Assembly (NCBI GenBank): GCA_963661975.1
Contig: CAVLDN010000006.1
Location: forward strand, 30,421 to 94,420
DNA length: 64,000 bases
Origin: a bacterium
GTDB lineage: Bacteria; Bacillota; Clostridia; Oscillospirales; CAG-382
Direction: 5' to 3'
The position numbers and the translations under genes are program-made. Positions 44,760 through 53,353 of this stretch are shown in pieces. Positions within the stretch are counted from its first letter, which is position 1; each line of letters opens with the position of its first letter. The notes under the pieces were generated by a model. The model had not been told where the DNA came from and did no database searches. It was given only the letters and a program-made list of their open reading frames with translations.

Positions 44760-45181
44760 TGAAAATACGCGAAATCACCCACGGCGAAGCCGCGGCGGCC
44801 GCCGCCCTGGAATCGGAAGCGCTCCCCGCGGAGGCATGGAGCGAACGGCAGATACGCGAAGCCTGCCTTATGGATGGCGTAAAATATCTTGCCGCATTTG
44901 ACGGTGGGGAATTGATCGGGGCAATAAGCGTTTATACCGCCTGCGGCGAGGTGATGAACCTTTCCGTTGCTGCCGCGCACCGCAAAAAGGGCTGTGGCGG
45001 CGCTTTGCTTTCCGCCGCCCTGCATTCCGCCGCGGAGGCGGGGGCGGAGAGCGTTTCGCTCGAGGTGCGGGCGGACAATATTGCCGCGATACGGCTTTAT
45101 GAAAAATACGGGTTTGAACGTGTCGGCAGACGCAAGGCGCTGCACGGCGCGGAAGCATATATTATGGAGAAAAAGCTATGA
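44759..45181 (+). CDS. rimI: ribosomal-protein-alanine N-acetyltransferase
   Basis: GNAT motif A (HRKKGCGGALL). Classic position upstream of tsaD. Confidence 0.8.
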   Translation: MKIREITHGEAAAAAALESEALPAEAWSERQIREACLMDGVKYLAAFDGGELIGAISVYTACGEVMNLSVAAAHRKKGCGGALLSAALHSAAEAGAESVSLEVRADNIAAIRLYEKYGFERVGRRKALHGAEAYIMEKKL

Positions 45182-46191
45182 AGATACTCGGAATAGAATC
45201 CTCCTGCGATGAAACCGCCGCAAGCGTTGCGGAGGACGGCAGAAAGCTGCTTTCGGGCGTTGTCGCATCGCAGATAGATATCCACGCGAAATACGGCGGC
45301 GTTGTGCCGGAGATCGCATCCCGCGCACACACGGAGGCAATATCCGGCGTGGTGGACGAAGCGCTTTCCCGCGCGGGCGTTACGCTTGACGATATCGACG
45401 CAATTGCCGTGACATACGCACCCGGACTTATCGGTGCGCTGCTCACCGGCGTTTCGTTTGCAAAGGGGCTTGCATACAGCGCAAAAAAGCCGCTTGTGCC
45501 GGTCCACCATATACGCGGCCATGTCGCGGCGAATTATCTTGTTCACCCGGAGCTGGAACCGCCGTTCATCGCGCTGGTCGTTTCGGGCGGGCATACCTCG
45601 CTTATGGCTGCCGAAAGCTATACGGAATACCGCCTTATCGGCTCGGCGCGCGATGACGCCGCAGGCGAAGCCTTTGATAAATGCGCCCGCGTGCTCGGGC
45701 TGCCGTACCCCGGCGGCGCGGCAATGAACCGCCTTGCAAAGCTGGGCGACAAACACAAATATTCATTCACCGCCGGGCATATCGACGGCGCGCCCTATGA
45801 TTTTTCCTTCTCCGGGCTGAAAACGGCTGTGATAAACCTTGTCCATACCGAGCTTCAGCGCGGCAGAACGCTTGATGACGAATTCCGCGCGGATATCGCG
45901 GCCTCCTTTACAAACGCGCTTGTCGGCGCGGTCACGGAACGGCTGGATACGCTTCTTTCCGAACGCGGCGGCAAAGAGAGCATCGTGCTTGCGGGCGGCG
46001 TTGCCGCCAACAGCCACCTTCGCACCGCCTGCGAGGAAACCGCCGAAAAGCACGGCAGACGCATATTTTTGCCTCCGCTTTCGCTTTGCGGCGATAACGC
46101 GGCGATGATCGCCGCACAGGGCTATTACGAATTTCTTGCCGGTGCGCGTGCCGGGCTCGACCTGAACGCATACGCCACAATGGGTGTTTGA
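45178..46191 (+). CDS. tsaD: tRNA N6-adenosine threonylcarbamoyltransferase
   Basis: ILGIESSCDETA, HIRGH, SGGHT motifs of Kae1/TsaD. Confidence 0.95.
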   Translation: MKILGIESSCDETAASVAEDGRKLLSGVVASQIDIHAKYGGVVPEIASRAHTEAISGVVDEALSRAGVTLDDIDAIAVTYAPGLIGALLTGVSFAKGLAYSAKKPLVPVHHIRGHVAANYLVHPELEPPFIALVVSGGHTSLMAAESYTEYRLIGSARDDAAGEAFDKCARVLGLPYPGGAAMNRLAKLGDKHKYSFTAGHIDGAPYDFSFSGLKTAVINLVHTELQRGRTLDDEFRADIAASFTNALVGAVTERLDTLLSERGGKESIVLAGGVAANSHLRTACEETAEKHGRRIFLPPLSLCGDNAAMIAAQGYYEFLAGARAGLDLNAYATMGV

Positions 46192-46295
46192 AGGGCGCGA
46201 TTTTGCCGCGGTTTTCCGGCGCAGCCGGGCGGGGAAAATGCGCCTCGCTGCGGCATCGGGATAATTATTCATTGACATAATTCACCGTGTAAAAT

Positions 46296-46396
46296 GTGGA
46301 AAACCCGGTGGAAAAAGTGGACAACTTGCAGGGCATACGCTATATTTCAAGCGTTTTCGGCATTTCGGCGGTGGAAAACCCGGTGGAAAAAGTGGA
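46296..46396. repeat. two perfect 26-bp direct repeats (46296-46321, 46371-46396), each with three GTGGA(A/C)AA units
   Basis: gtggaaaacccggtggaaaaagtgga occurs twice, 75 bp apart. Read directly from the sequence. Confidence 0.9.
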
Positions 46397-46560
46397 AAAC
46401 CCCGCAAATAACGCATCACATCCCGATCTTTATGTCAACCGGCAATATACATTTTCCGTATACATTGCGCATACGGCGCGCCCGAAAAAGCGCGCTTTGC
46501 CGGGTGTATTTCTCAATACAATCATAACGCGGAAATGCGATAATATTTAATGCGACCATT

Positions 46561-46597
46561 GAACGCGGCGGAGGAATTCCCTCCGCCGCGTTTTTTT
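46561..46597 (+). terminator. strong orphan rho-independent terminator
   Basis: About 13-bp GC-rich stem aacgcggcggagg/cctccgccgcgtt around gaattc, followed by TTTTTTT. No annotated gene ends here. Confidence 0.85.
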
Positions 46598-46925
46598 GAA
46601 AAAGGCTGTTGACAAGGTTGACACTTCTTGATGTGATCTATTGCATTTCGGCAGATCTTTTCATGGGTTTTCCCCTTTCATGTATAAAAAGCAAACGCCC
46701 CCGTTTGTACGGAGGCGGCAAGATCGTTGATATGCGGAAGCACCGCGAAGGAATAAGCAGGGGCAACGTTTGCGGGTTTTCATGGCGGCTTCCGTAATAT
46801 TTATTTGTATTCTTAATATAATGCGGGATATGCGCGGGTGTTAACGCAATTCTTCGGTTTTGCCGCCGGTCTGCCGGGATTTCGTAAAACCCGAACAAAT
46901 TCCGGCAATGCACATAGTGCGGGGT

Positions 46926-46960
46926 GCAAAAAAGCGAGGGCGTTCAAAGGCCCCCGCTTT
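46926..46960 (-). terminator. rho-independent terminator after folD
   Basis: Stem gcgagggc/gcccccgc (one mismatch). T-run on the minus strand, and also T-rich on the plus side. Confidence 0.65.
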
Positions 46961-46967
46961 CGGTTTG

Positions 46968-47810
46968 TTATTTGTTTTTTGCGGCGCGCAGCGTGTTTTG
47001 AAGCAGCATTGCGATAGTCATGGGCCCTACACCGCCGGGCACCGGGGTGATAAGCCCCGCTTTTTCGCGGCAGGCTTCGAAATCCACATCGCCGCAGAGC
47101 TTGCCGTCCACGCGGTTTATGCCGACATCAACTATTACCGCGCCGGGTTTTATCATGTCCGCGCCGATAAGCTTCGGCTTGCCGCAGGCGACAACAAGTA
47201 TATCCGCCCTTTGGGTGTGCGCACGAAGATCCGCCGTTTTTGAATGGCAGAGCGTTACGGTGCCGTTTTCGGCAAGCAGCAGAGCCGCCATGGGCTTGCC
47301 CACGATATTGCTTCTGCCGATGATGACACATTCCTTCCCGGAAATTTCCGCACCGTATTCCGAAAGCAGGCGCATAACGCCCGCCGGGGTGCAGGGAAGG
47401 AACGCCGGCTTGCCGGAATAGAGCAGCCCGACATTGTATGGGTGGAAGCAATCCACATCCTTGCCGATATCTATCGCGGAGAGGATGAGCGATTCGTTCA
47501 GGTGCTTCGGCAACGGGAGCTGGACAAGTATGCCGTCCACACCGTCGTCGCGGTTCAGAAATTCAATGGTTTCGAGCAGCTCCTTCTCCGATGTGTATTC
47601 GGGAAGGAGATATTCGAGCGAGGTTATACCGGCTTCGTCACACGCCTTTTTCTTGTTGCGTACATAAACCTGCGATGCGGGATCATCCCCGACAAGCACC
47701 ACTGCAAGGCAGGGAGCGCGTTTGCCGGAGGAAACAAGCTTTTTTACCTCATCGCGCACCTCGGCGCGACATTTTGCGGCAACGGCTTTGCCGTCGATCA
47801 AATTACTCAT
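46968..47810 (-). CDS. folD: bifunctional methylenetetrahydrofolate dehydrogenase/cyclohydrolase
   Basis: SQVYVRNKKKAC, GRSNIVGKP, TPVPGGVGPMT motifs. Confidence 0.95.
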   Translation of the reverse strand: MSNLIDGKAVAAKCRAEVRDEVKKLVSSGKRAPCLAVVLVGDDPASQVYVRNKKKACDEAGITSLEYLLPEYTSEKELLETIEFLNRDDGVDGILVQLPLPKHLNESLILSAIDIGKDVDCFHPYNVGLLYSGKPAFLPCTPAGVMRLLSEYGAEISGKECVIIGRSNIVGKPMAALLLAENGTVTLCHSKTADLRAHTQRADILVVACGKPKLIGADMIKPGAVIVDVGINRVDGKLCGDVDFEACREKAGLITPVPGGVGPMTIAMLLQNTLRAAKNK

Positions 47811-48847
47811 TCCTTGTCCTCCGTGCTGTCGCCGCCGTTTGCTTCTTCGGCGGTGCTGCCGTCGGCGGTGTTATCGTTATCGGCTTCGGTATTTGCATCC
47901 GTATCGAAAACGCTGTCGTCAAGCGCATCGCTTTCGTGGCTGACGGCTATTGCCGCGGCCGCAAATTTGGCTTTGTATTCGGCAACGCTTTCCTTTTGTG
48001 CGCGTGCGCGGCGAGAAAGCACTATCCAAAGAACTATTGCCGCGGCAAAGAAGAGGAAACCGGTGAAAACTGAGAATTTTACGGATGTGCCGGTGATATA
48101 AAGCGAATCGGTGCGGAGCATTTCGATAAAGCCCCTGCCGAGCCCGTACCAGCCCATATATGCAAGGAATATCTGCCCGTTGAATTTTTTTCTGCGGTAA
48201 AGCACAAAGAGTATAATGCAAAGCCCGACAAGATTCCACAGCGATTCATAAAGGAATGTCGGGTGCGCAAAGCAGCTGCCGGTGGAGCTGGTTTCCGTTG
48301 CGTTGATCTGAATAAGCACGGTATGGTCGAGCTGCATTCTCCAGGGGAGGTTTTCCACGCCCTCCGACCAGCCGTAGGCTTCTCCGTTGACAAAATTGCC
48401 CCATCTGCCGATAATCTGCCCGAGCATTACCGCGGGGGCAAGCGCATCCAGCATGGAAAGCGTGCCGACCTTCTTCACCCGGTTGTAAAAGATAACGGTG
48501 AGCAGCCCGAAGATTATCGCGCCGTATATCGCGATACCGCCGCCGCGTATGTTTATCATGTTGAGGAAACCCTTATCCTTGTAGGAATCCCAGTTCGTGA
48601 TAACATAAACGAATCTCGCGCCGATGATTGCGATGGGAATGGTGAAAAGCGTGACATTGTAGATATCATCCGCCTTTATGTGCTCATGCCTTGTGCCGAG
48701 CCGATAGAACATCAGAAACGCAAGCACGATTCCCGTTGAAAGAAGTATGCCGTACCATTGAATGTCAACGCCGAAAACAGTGAATGCGGTGCGGTTCATT
48801 TCGAACATTTCGATACCGAGTCCGGGGAATCCGATTCTTGTTGTCAT
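47807..48847 (-). CDS. lgt: prolipoprotein diacylglyceryl transferase with acidic C-terminal tail
   Basis: IGRWGNFVNGEAYG signature and 7 TM segments. Extra ~60-aa D/E/N/T/A-rich tail. Confidence 0.9.
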   Translation of the reverse strand: MTTRIGFPGLGIEMFEMNRTAFTVFGVDIQWYGILLSTGIVLAFLMFYRLGTRHEHIKADDIYNVTLFTIPIAIIGARFVYVITNWDSYKDKGFLNMINIRGGGIAIYGAIIFGLLTVIFYNRVKKVGTLSMLDALAPAVMLGQIIGRWGNFVNGEAYGWSEGVENLPWRMQLDHTVLIQINATETSSTGSCFAHPTFLYESLWNLVGLCIILFVLYRRKKFNGQIFLAYMGWYGLGRGFIEMLRTDSLYITGTSVKFSVFTGFLFFAAAIVLWIVLSRRARAQKESVAEYKAKFAAAAIAVSHESDALDDSVFDTDANTEADNDNTADGSTAEEANGGDSTEDKE

Positions 48848-50139
48848 AAGCTGTTATCCTTTCCTTTTGCGTTTTCCGCAATGCAGATTGCAGAATTGTT
48901 TATATCGATTGCGCAGAGCTCGCGGAGAATATCCTCCTCCGTGATAGAGCGCAGGATCTCCATGCAGTCGTATTCGTCATAGCCGCGGCGCGCATCGGAA
49001 GCAAATATTGACGCAATATCCTCGCCGCTGTCGAAAACCGAAAGACAATCGGCATAGGCGGCGCGCTTTTCGCGCAGAAATTCGCCGTGGGTGAAGAAGC
49101 ACTTTTTGCGCTCCTCAAGCTCGCGCAGGGCAAGCTCCATAACGCGATCCGGCTCTCTTCCGCTGCCGCTGATAACGATATGCGCCATGCCGCGCATACG
49201 GGTATAACCCGCCCAAAAGCGTTCGCCCAAAAGCCCTGCGGAATAATTCCTGCAATAAAAATCGCTTGCTCTGCCGAAGGTGAGCGAGATCGCCGTGCGT
49301 ATTGCGGCGGCGCGTTTTTCGGCGGCAATATCATCCGTTTTGTCCGGCGGGAGCTTTATTCCGATCGCGTAAAGCGGTGTTGCCACCGCCGAATGAAGGA
49401 TTCGGCGCCGTTCCTTTACGCACGTGTCCTCCTCCGGTATGAATGTTTCGGGGCGGAGGACCGCAGCGGGGGAGAAATACCTCCCGACAAGATCGTATAC
49501 CTTCTGCGGGTCCGTATCACCGCAGACACAAAGCGCAAGGTTCTGCGGTATGTAAAAATCCGAATAGACCGCGCTCAGAAGCTGCGGCGTGATATGCGAT
49601 ATGCTTTCCTCCGTGCCGGCAATGGGAACCGCCGCGGGATGATCGTGATACATCGCCGCAGTGAGCCCGCGGCTGACCGCTGTTTCGGCGCGGTCGTCAT
49701 ACATTTTGATTTCGCTGTTGATTATCGCACGTTCCTTTTCGACAGAATCCTCTGTTGCGTGGAACGAGCTCACCGAGCGGAGAAGAATTTCGAGGTTTTC
49801 GTAAAAATTGTCCGTCCCGCCGAAGTAAAAGCAGGTGTTTTCGTATGAGGTATAGGCGTTCGCGTTGCCGCCGCAGCTGTCAAATTCGTTGAAGGAATCA
49901 CTCCCGTCCGCCTGTTCGAACATCTTGTGCTCCAGAAAATGCGCCGTTCCGGCGGGAAGCACGGTTGTTTTTCCGTTTTTGCGGAAGGCGGTGTCCATTG
50001 CGCCGAAATCGCAGGAAATAAATGCTTCTTTCGTGGGGAAGCTTTTCGGGACAACGATTATCTTCATCCCGCTTTCGTGCGTTGCATAAAGGTATTTTTC
50101 TTTTATCAGATGGTTTTCGCGTATAGAAAAGCTGATCAT
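48844..50139 (-). CDS. M16-family (pitrilysin/insulinase) zinc peptidase, active subunit
   Basis: Inverted zinc motif HFLEHKMFE. Confidence 0.85.
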   Translation of the reverse strand: MISFSIRENHLIKEKYLYATHESGMKIIVVPKSFPTKEAFISCDFGAMDTAFRKNGKTTVLPAGTAHFLEHKMFEQADGSDSFNEFDSCGGNANAYTSYENTCFYFGGTDNFYENLEILLRSVSSFHATEDSVEKERAIINSEIKMYDDRAETAVSRGLTAAMYHDHPAAVPIAGTEESISHITPQLLSAVYSDFYIPQNLALCVCGDTDPQKVYDLVGRYFSPAAVLRPETFIPEEDTCVKERRRILHSAVATPLYAIGIKLPPDKTDDIAAEKRAAAIRTAISLTFGRASDFYCRNYSAGLLGERFWAGYTRMRGMAHIVISGSGREPDRVMELALRELEERKKCFFTHGEFLREKRAAYADCLSVFDSGEDIASIFASDARRGYDEYDCMEILRSITEEDILRELCAIDINNSAICIAENAKGKDNSL

Positions 50140-51413
50140 TTTTCGCTTGCTCCGAGAATGAATTCGGTGTCCGGAAGCACGGTGCGTGCGTATGCGGCGA
50201 TATCCTCGTCGGTGACGGAGCGCACATTGTTTTTGAGTTCCTTCGGCGTGACAGAGTCGTATTGCGAAAGGAACTGCCCCTGCAAAAAAGAGGATGCCGC
50301 GCCCAGACTGCCGCCCAGACTGTCGACCGAGCGGATAAGCGAAAGCTTTGCGTTTTCCGACTCCGCGGCGGTAAAATCGCCCCTGCTTATGGCTTCAAGC
50401 TCGGCATATATTGCCGTGCGGGCTTTTTCCGCGCAGCCGTGATCGACACCCGCAGTGATGAAAATGACATTCTTCCCCGCATAAGGATAGCTGTTGCAAT
50501 AATAGCAAAGCCCGTCGCGTTCGCGAACATTACGGAAAAGTCTGCCGGATGTCCCGCCCCCGAGCATTTCGTCGAACACCGAAAGCACCGCACGCTCCCG
50601 CGCGGTTTTTGTCGGTGCGGCGCAAAGCCCCAATACAAGCACGGTCTGCTCCGATTCGTTAGCCTCGAACACGGTTTTTACGCTATCGGCGCGGCGGTGC
50701 AGCGTTACCAGCGGAAGCATATCCGCGCGCGGCGCAAACCGAAGTTGCGCAAGAAGGCGTTTCTCCGCGGCTTGCGGGTCGGCATCGCCGACATAGGTGA
50801 TAATGACCGGCGCTTCGGCAAGCATATCGCGGTACAGAGCGGCAAGTTCCCGCGCAGTGAGTGCGGCTACACGCTCGCGTTCGCCGCCGACGGCGGCGGC
50901 AAACGGTTCGCCGGCGCACATTATCTCTCGTGCACGCTTTGCGGCGTAGCCGGGTTTGTTTTCGATCACCGAATCAAGCTCCTCGATCAGGGTGCGTTTT
51001 TCGGTTTCGATGCTTTCGGGCGGGAAAAGGCCTTCCTCCGTCAGCAGCGGGCGGAAAAGCATTTCGCCCAGAAGCTCGGCGGCGGGTTCGAGTATTTTAT
51101 CGCCCTCGAGGGCGTAGCTGTCCGAAAGCAGGTTCATTTCGGCGGTGAAAAGCAGCATTTCGCCCGCACGGCGCTGAACATAGGCATCCAGCGAGAGGGC
51201 GTATATTTCGTCCTTGCGGATACAGAAATCGCGCATTGTGGGGTATTTTGCCGTTGAAAGAGATATTATATTTGTAAGCAGCGAATAACCGGATGCCGTT
51301 TCGGCACTCAACGGGAGCACAAACGAAACGGTGACGGTTGAATTCTTGAAGTTTTCGGTATGTGCGGCGGCAAAATGCACGCCGCGCACCGGTTCACTGC
51401 GGTAAAAATCCAA
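50136..51413 (-). CDS. M16-family peptidase-like protein, no HxxEH motif (non-catalytic partner)
   Basis: M16 fold-like sequence lacking HxxEH. 4-nt overlap with the partner gene (YmfF/YmfH-type pair). Confidence 0.75.
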   Translation of the reverse strand: MDFYRSEPVRGVHFAAAHTENFKNSTVTVSFVLPLSAETASGYSLLTNIISLSTAKYPTMRDFCIRKDEIYALSLDAYVQRRAGEMLLFTAEMNLLSDSYALEGDKILEPAAELLGEMLFRPLLTEEGLFPPESIETEKRTLIEELDSVIENKPGYAAKRAREIMCAGEPFAAAVGGERERVAALTARELAALYRDMLAEAPVIITYVGDADPQAAEKRLLAQLRFAPRADMLPLVTLHRRADSVKTVFEANESEQTVLVLGLCAAPTKTARERAVLSVFDEMLGGGTSGRLFRNVRERDGLCYYCNSYPYAGKNVIFITAGVDHGCAEKARTAIYAELEAISRGDFTAAESENAKLSLIRSVDSLGGSLGAASSFLQGQFLSQYDSVTPKELKNNVRSVTDEDIAAYARTVLPDTEFILGASEK

Positions 51414-51422
51414 TTTTTCTCC

Positions 51423-52190
51423 TTAAATAAGTGCGGCGCTGTCCGCATCGAGGTAAAGCTTTGCGTTTTTGTGGCTGCGAAGTGCGGTTGCGGGGCAATC
51501 GGCACCGATCTCGCCGGTGAGCGTGCGTTTGACGGCCTCTGCCTTTGTCGCGGCGGGGACGATGCAGAATGCGGCATCCGGAGCGACAAGCGTGGGGATG
51601 GTGAGCGTTATTGCAAAGCGGGGCACGGATTCGATCTTATCGAAGCAGCCGTCGTGCACCTGCTGCATACGGCATTTGTCATCCAGCATAACGACCTTGA
51701 CAGCCTTGTGATCGTTGAAATCGGCAACGTGCGGGTCGTTGAAGGCGATATGGCCGTTTTCGCCGATACCCATAACGATGATGTCGCACTTGTTTCGGGC
51801 AAGCACCGCGGCATAACGCTCCGCCTCGATATTCGGGTTCATGGCCGTGCTGTTGATATATTCCACGGAAGCAAAGGGAACGCGGCCGAAGATGGCTTCC
51901 TTCAGAAAGTTGCCGAAGCTCTGCTTTGCGCCGGCGGGCAGACCGATGTATTCATCCATGTGGAAGCCGTGGACCTTTGTCCAATCGATGCTTTCGTCGG
52001 CGACAAGCGCCGCAAGAACATCGTTCTGACTGGGAGCGGCGGCAAAGATCATGTTGATTTCGCCCTTTTCGGCGATCTGCTTCTTCATCTCTGCGGCAAT
52101 ATCCTTTGCGGCGGCGGCGCCCATTTCGGTTCTGTCGGAAAAGGCTTCGTAGGTGAGGTTATCTTTTTTTCCCTGCCTGATGATAGACAT
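51423..52190 (-). CDS. nagB: glucosamine-6-phosphate deaminase
   Basis: NagB/6-PGL family motifs: FAAAPSQ, FHMDEY.G, GIGENGHIAFN. Confidence 0.85.
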   Translation of the reverse strand: MSIIRQGKKDNLTYEAFSDRTEMGAAAAKDIAAEMKKQIAEKGEINMIFAAAPSQNDVLAALVADESIDWTKVHGFHMDEYIGLPAGAKQSFGNFLKEAIFGRVPFASVEYINSTAMNPNIEAERYAAVLARNKCDIIVMGIGENGHIAFNDPHVADFNDHKAVKVVMLDDKCRMQQVHDGCFDKIESVPRFAITLTIPTLVAPDAAFCIVPAATKAEAVKRTLTGEIGADCPATALRSHKNAKLYLDADSAALI

Positions 52191-52213
52191 TATGTTTTAC
52201 TCCTGATATGTAA

Positions 52214-53353
52214 TTATTTTTTATATACGGTTTTGCCGCCGCTTACCGTTTCGCACACGGAAACACCCTCCGTGAACACGGTAAAATCGGCATCATAGCC
52301 GGGCGCGATAACGCCCTTGCGCTTCATTCCGGCAATGCGTGCCGGGGTTTCGGACATCATTTTGACTGCATCCGTGAGTGTCGCTCCGGCGGCGACCGCC
52401 GTGCGGACAAGACGGTCCGTTGTCGCGATACTGCCGGCAAAGGCTTCACCGCCGGGCATTTTCGCAACGCCGTCTTCGATATAACATTCCTGCCCGTTTT
52501 CGAGCGAGCCGAGTATGGTTTTGCCCTCGGTCTGCCCCGCACCGCGCATTGCGTCCGTGACCAGCGCGACCTTTGCGGGCGTTTTGGCGCGGAACACATG
52601 GTTCAGCATGGAAAGCGGGAGATGCTTGCCGTCGGCAATGACCTCAACGGTGAGCGAGTCGATCATGTAGCCGCTTTCGATAACGCCGGGGAAGCGGTAG
52701 CCGTGGCGGCGTGTCAGTGCGGACATGCCGCTGTAAAAGTGCGTGAGGTGAGTGTAGCCGTTTTCGACCGCGGCAAGAACATCCTCGAAAATCGCATCGG
52801 TGTGGCCTATGGAGGCGCAGATGCCCTCCTCTTTCAGCCGTCTGCCGAGCGCAAGCGCGCCCTCCAGCTCCGGTGCGACGGACATCCGCGCGATACAGCC
52901 CTTGCCGGCGGCAAGAACCTTTTCGTAATGTTCGGGCGCAGGCTTCAAAAGGTACTTCGGATCCTGTGCGCCTGCCTGCGCCGCCGAAAAATAGGGACCT
53001 TCGAGGTGCAGCCCGTAGAACACATTCGCATAAGCACTGTTCTGTTTTGCGGCGCGGAAGATATCGAACGCGGCAAAAAGATCGCTGTCCGGGCAGGTGA
53101 GCGTTGTGGGGAGCAGTACCGCAGTCCCGTGGGAAGCGTGCATTTCCGCCGCGGTGTCCCATGCCTGCAGAGTTCCGTCCAGAAAGTCCGCTCCGCCGCC
53201 GCCGTGAACATGAAGGTCGATAAAGCCGGGAGCTATGAAGAGCCCGGTGTCTGTCGGGTGGCTGGTGACGGCGGTTATTTTGCCGCCTTCATAATAAACG
53301 CTGCCCTCTGTGAGTCCGTCGGGCGAAAAGATAATACCGCTGAGCTTATTCAT
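52214..53353 (-). CDS. nagA: N-acetylglucosamine-6-phosphate deacetylase
   Basis: PGFIDLHVHGGGG and HLFN-type metal ligands. ATG at 53353, overlapping the ispF stop by 8 nt. Confidence 0.9.
   Translation of the reverse strand: MNKLSGIIFSPDGLTEGSVYYEGGKITAVTSHPTDTGLFIAPGFIDLHVHGGGGADFLDGTLQAWDTAAEMHASHGTAVLLPTTLTCPDSDLFAAFDIFRAAKQNSAYANVFYGLHLEGPYFSAAQAGAQDPKYLLKPAPEHYEKVLAAGKGCIARMSVAPELEGALALGRRLKEEGICASIGHTDAIFEDVLAAVENGYTHLTHFYSGMSALTRRHGYRFPGVIESGYMIDSLTVEVIADGKHLPLSMLNHVFRAKTPAKVALVTDAMRGAGQTEGKTILGSLENGQECYIEDGVAKMPGGEAFAGSIATTDRLVRTAVAAGATLTDAVKMMSETPARIAGMKRKGVIAPGYDADFTVFTEGVSVCETVSGGKTVYKK

Noticed and set aside
46272-46400. Replication origin (oriC) because of clustered DnaA-box-like units
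   Set aside because: Gene orientation converges here, which is terminus-like rather than origin-like. No dnaA/dnaN or AT-rich unwinding element is adjacent, and the boxes are imperfect. It is kept only as a DnaA-box-cluster/iteron hypothesis.
46413-46440. Possible dif (XerC/D) site: TTATGTCAACC matches 9 of 11 positions of the B. subtilis XerD arm
   Set aside because: The expected AT-rich central hexamer is CGATCT. The XerC arm (GCATCACATCC) matches poorly and lacks the ATAA end. Other AT-rich stretches (46541-46556, 46795-46835) also fail. A proper PWM scan of the whole contig is needed.
46294-46550. 77-aa and 84-aa plus-strand ORFs in the polarity-switch gap
   Set aside because: Both open frames are generated by the 26-bp direct repeats (WKTRWKKW / ENPVEKV duplicated). 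They have no RBS and odd composition, so the region is treated as non-coding.
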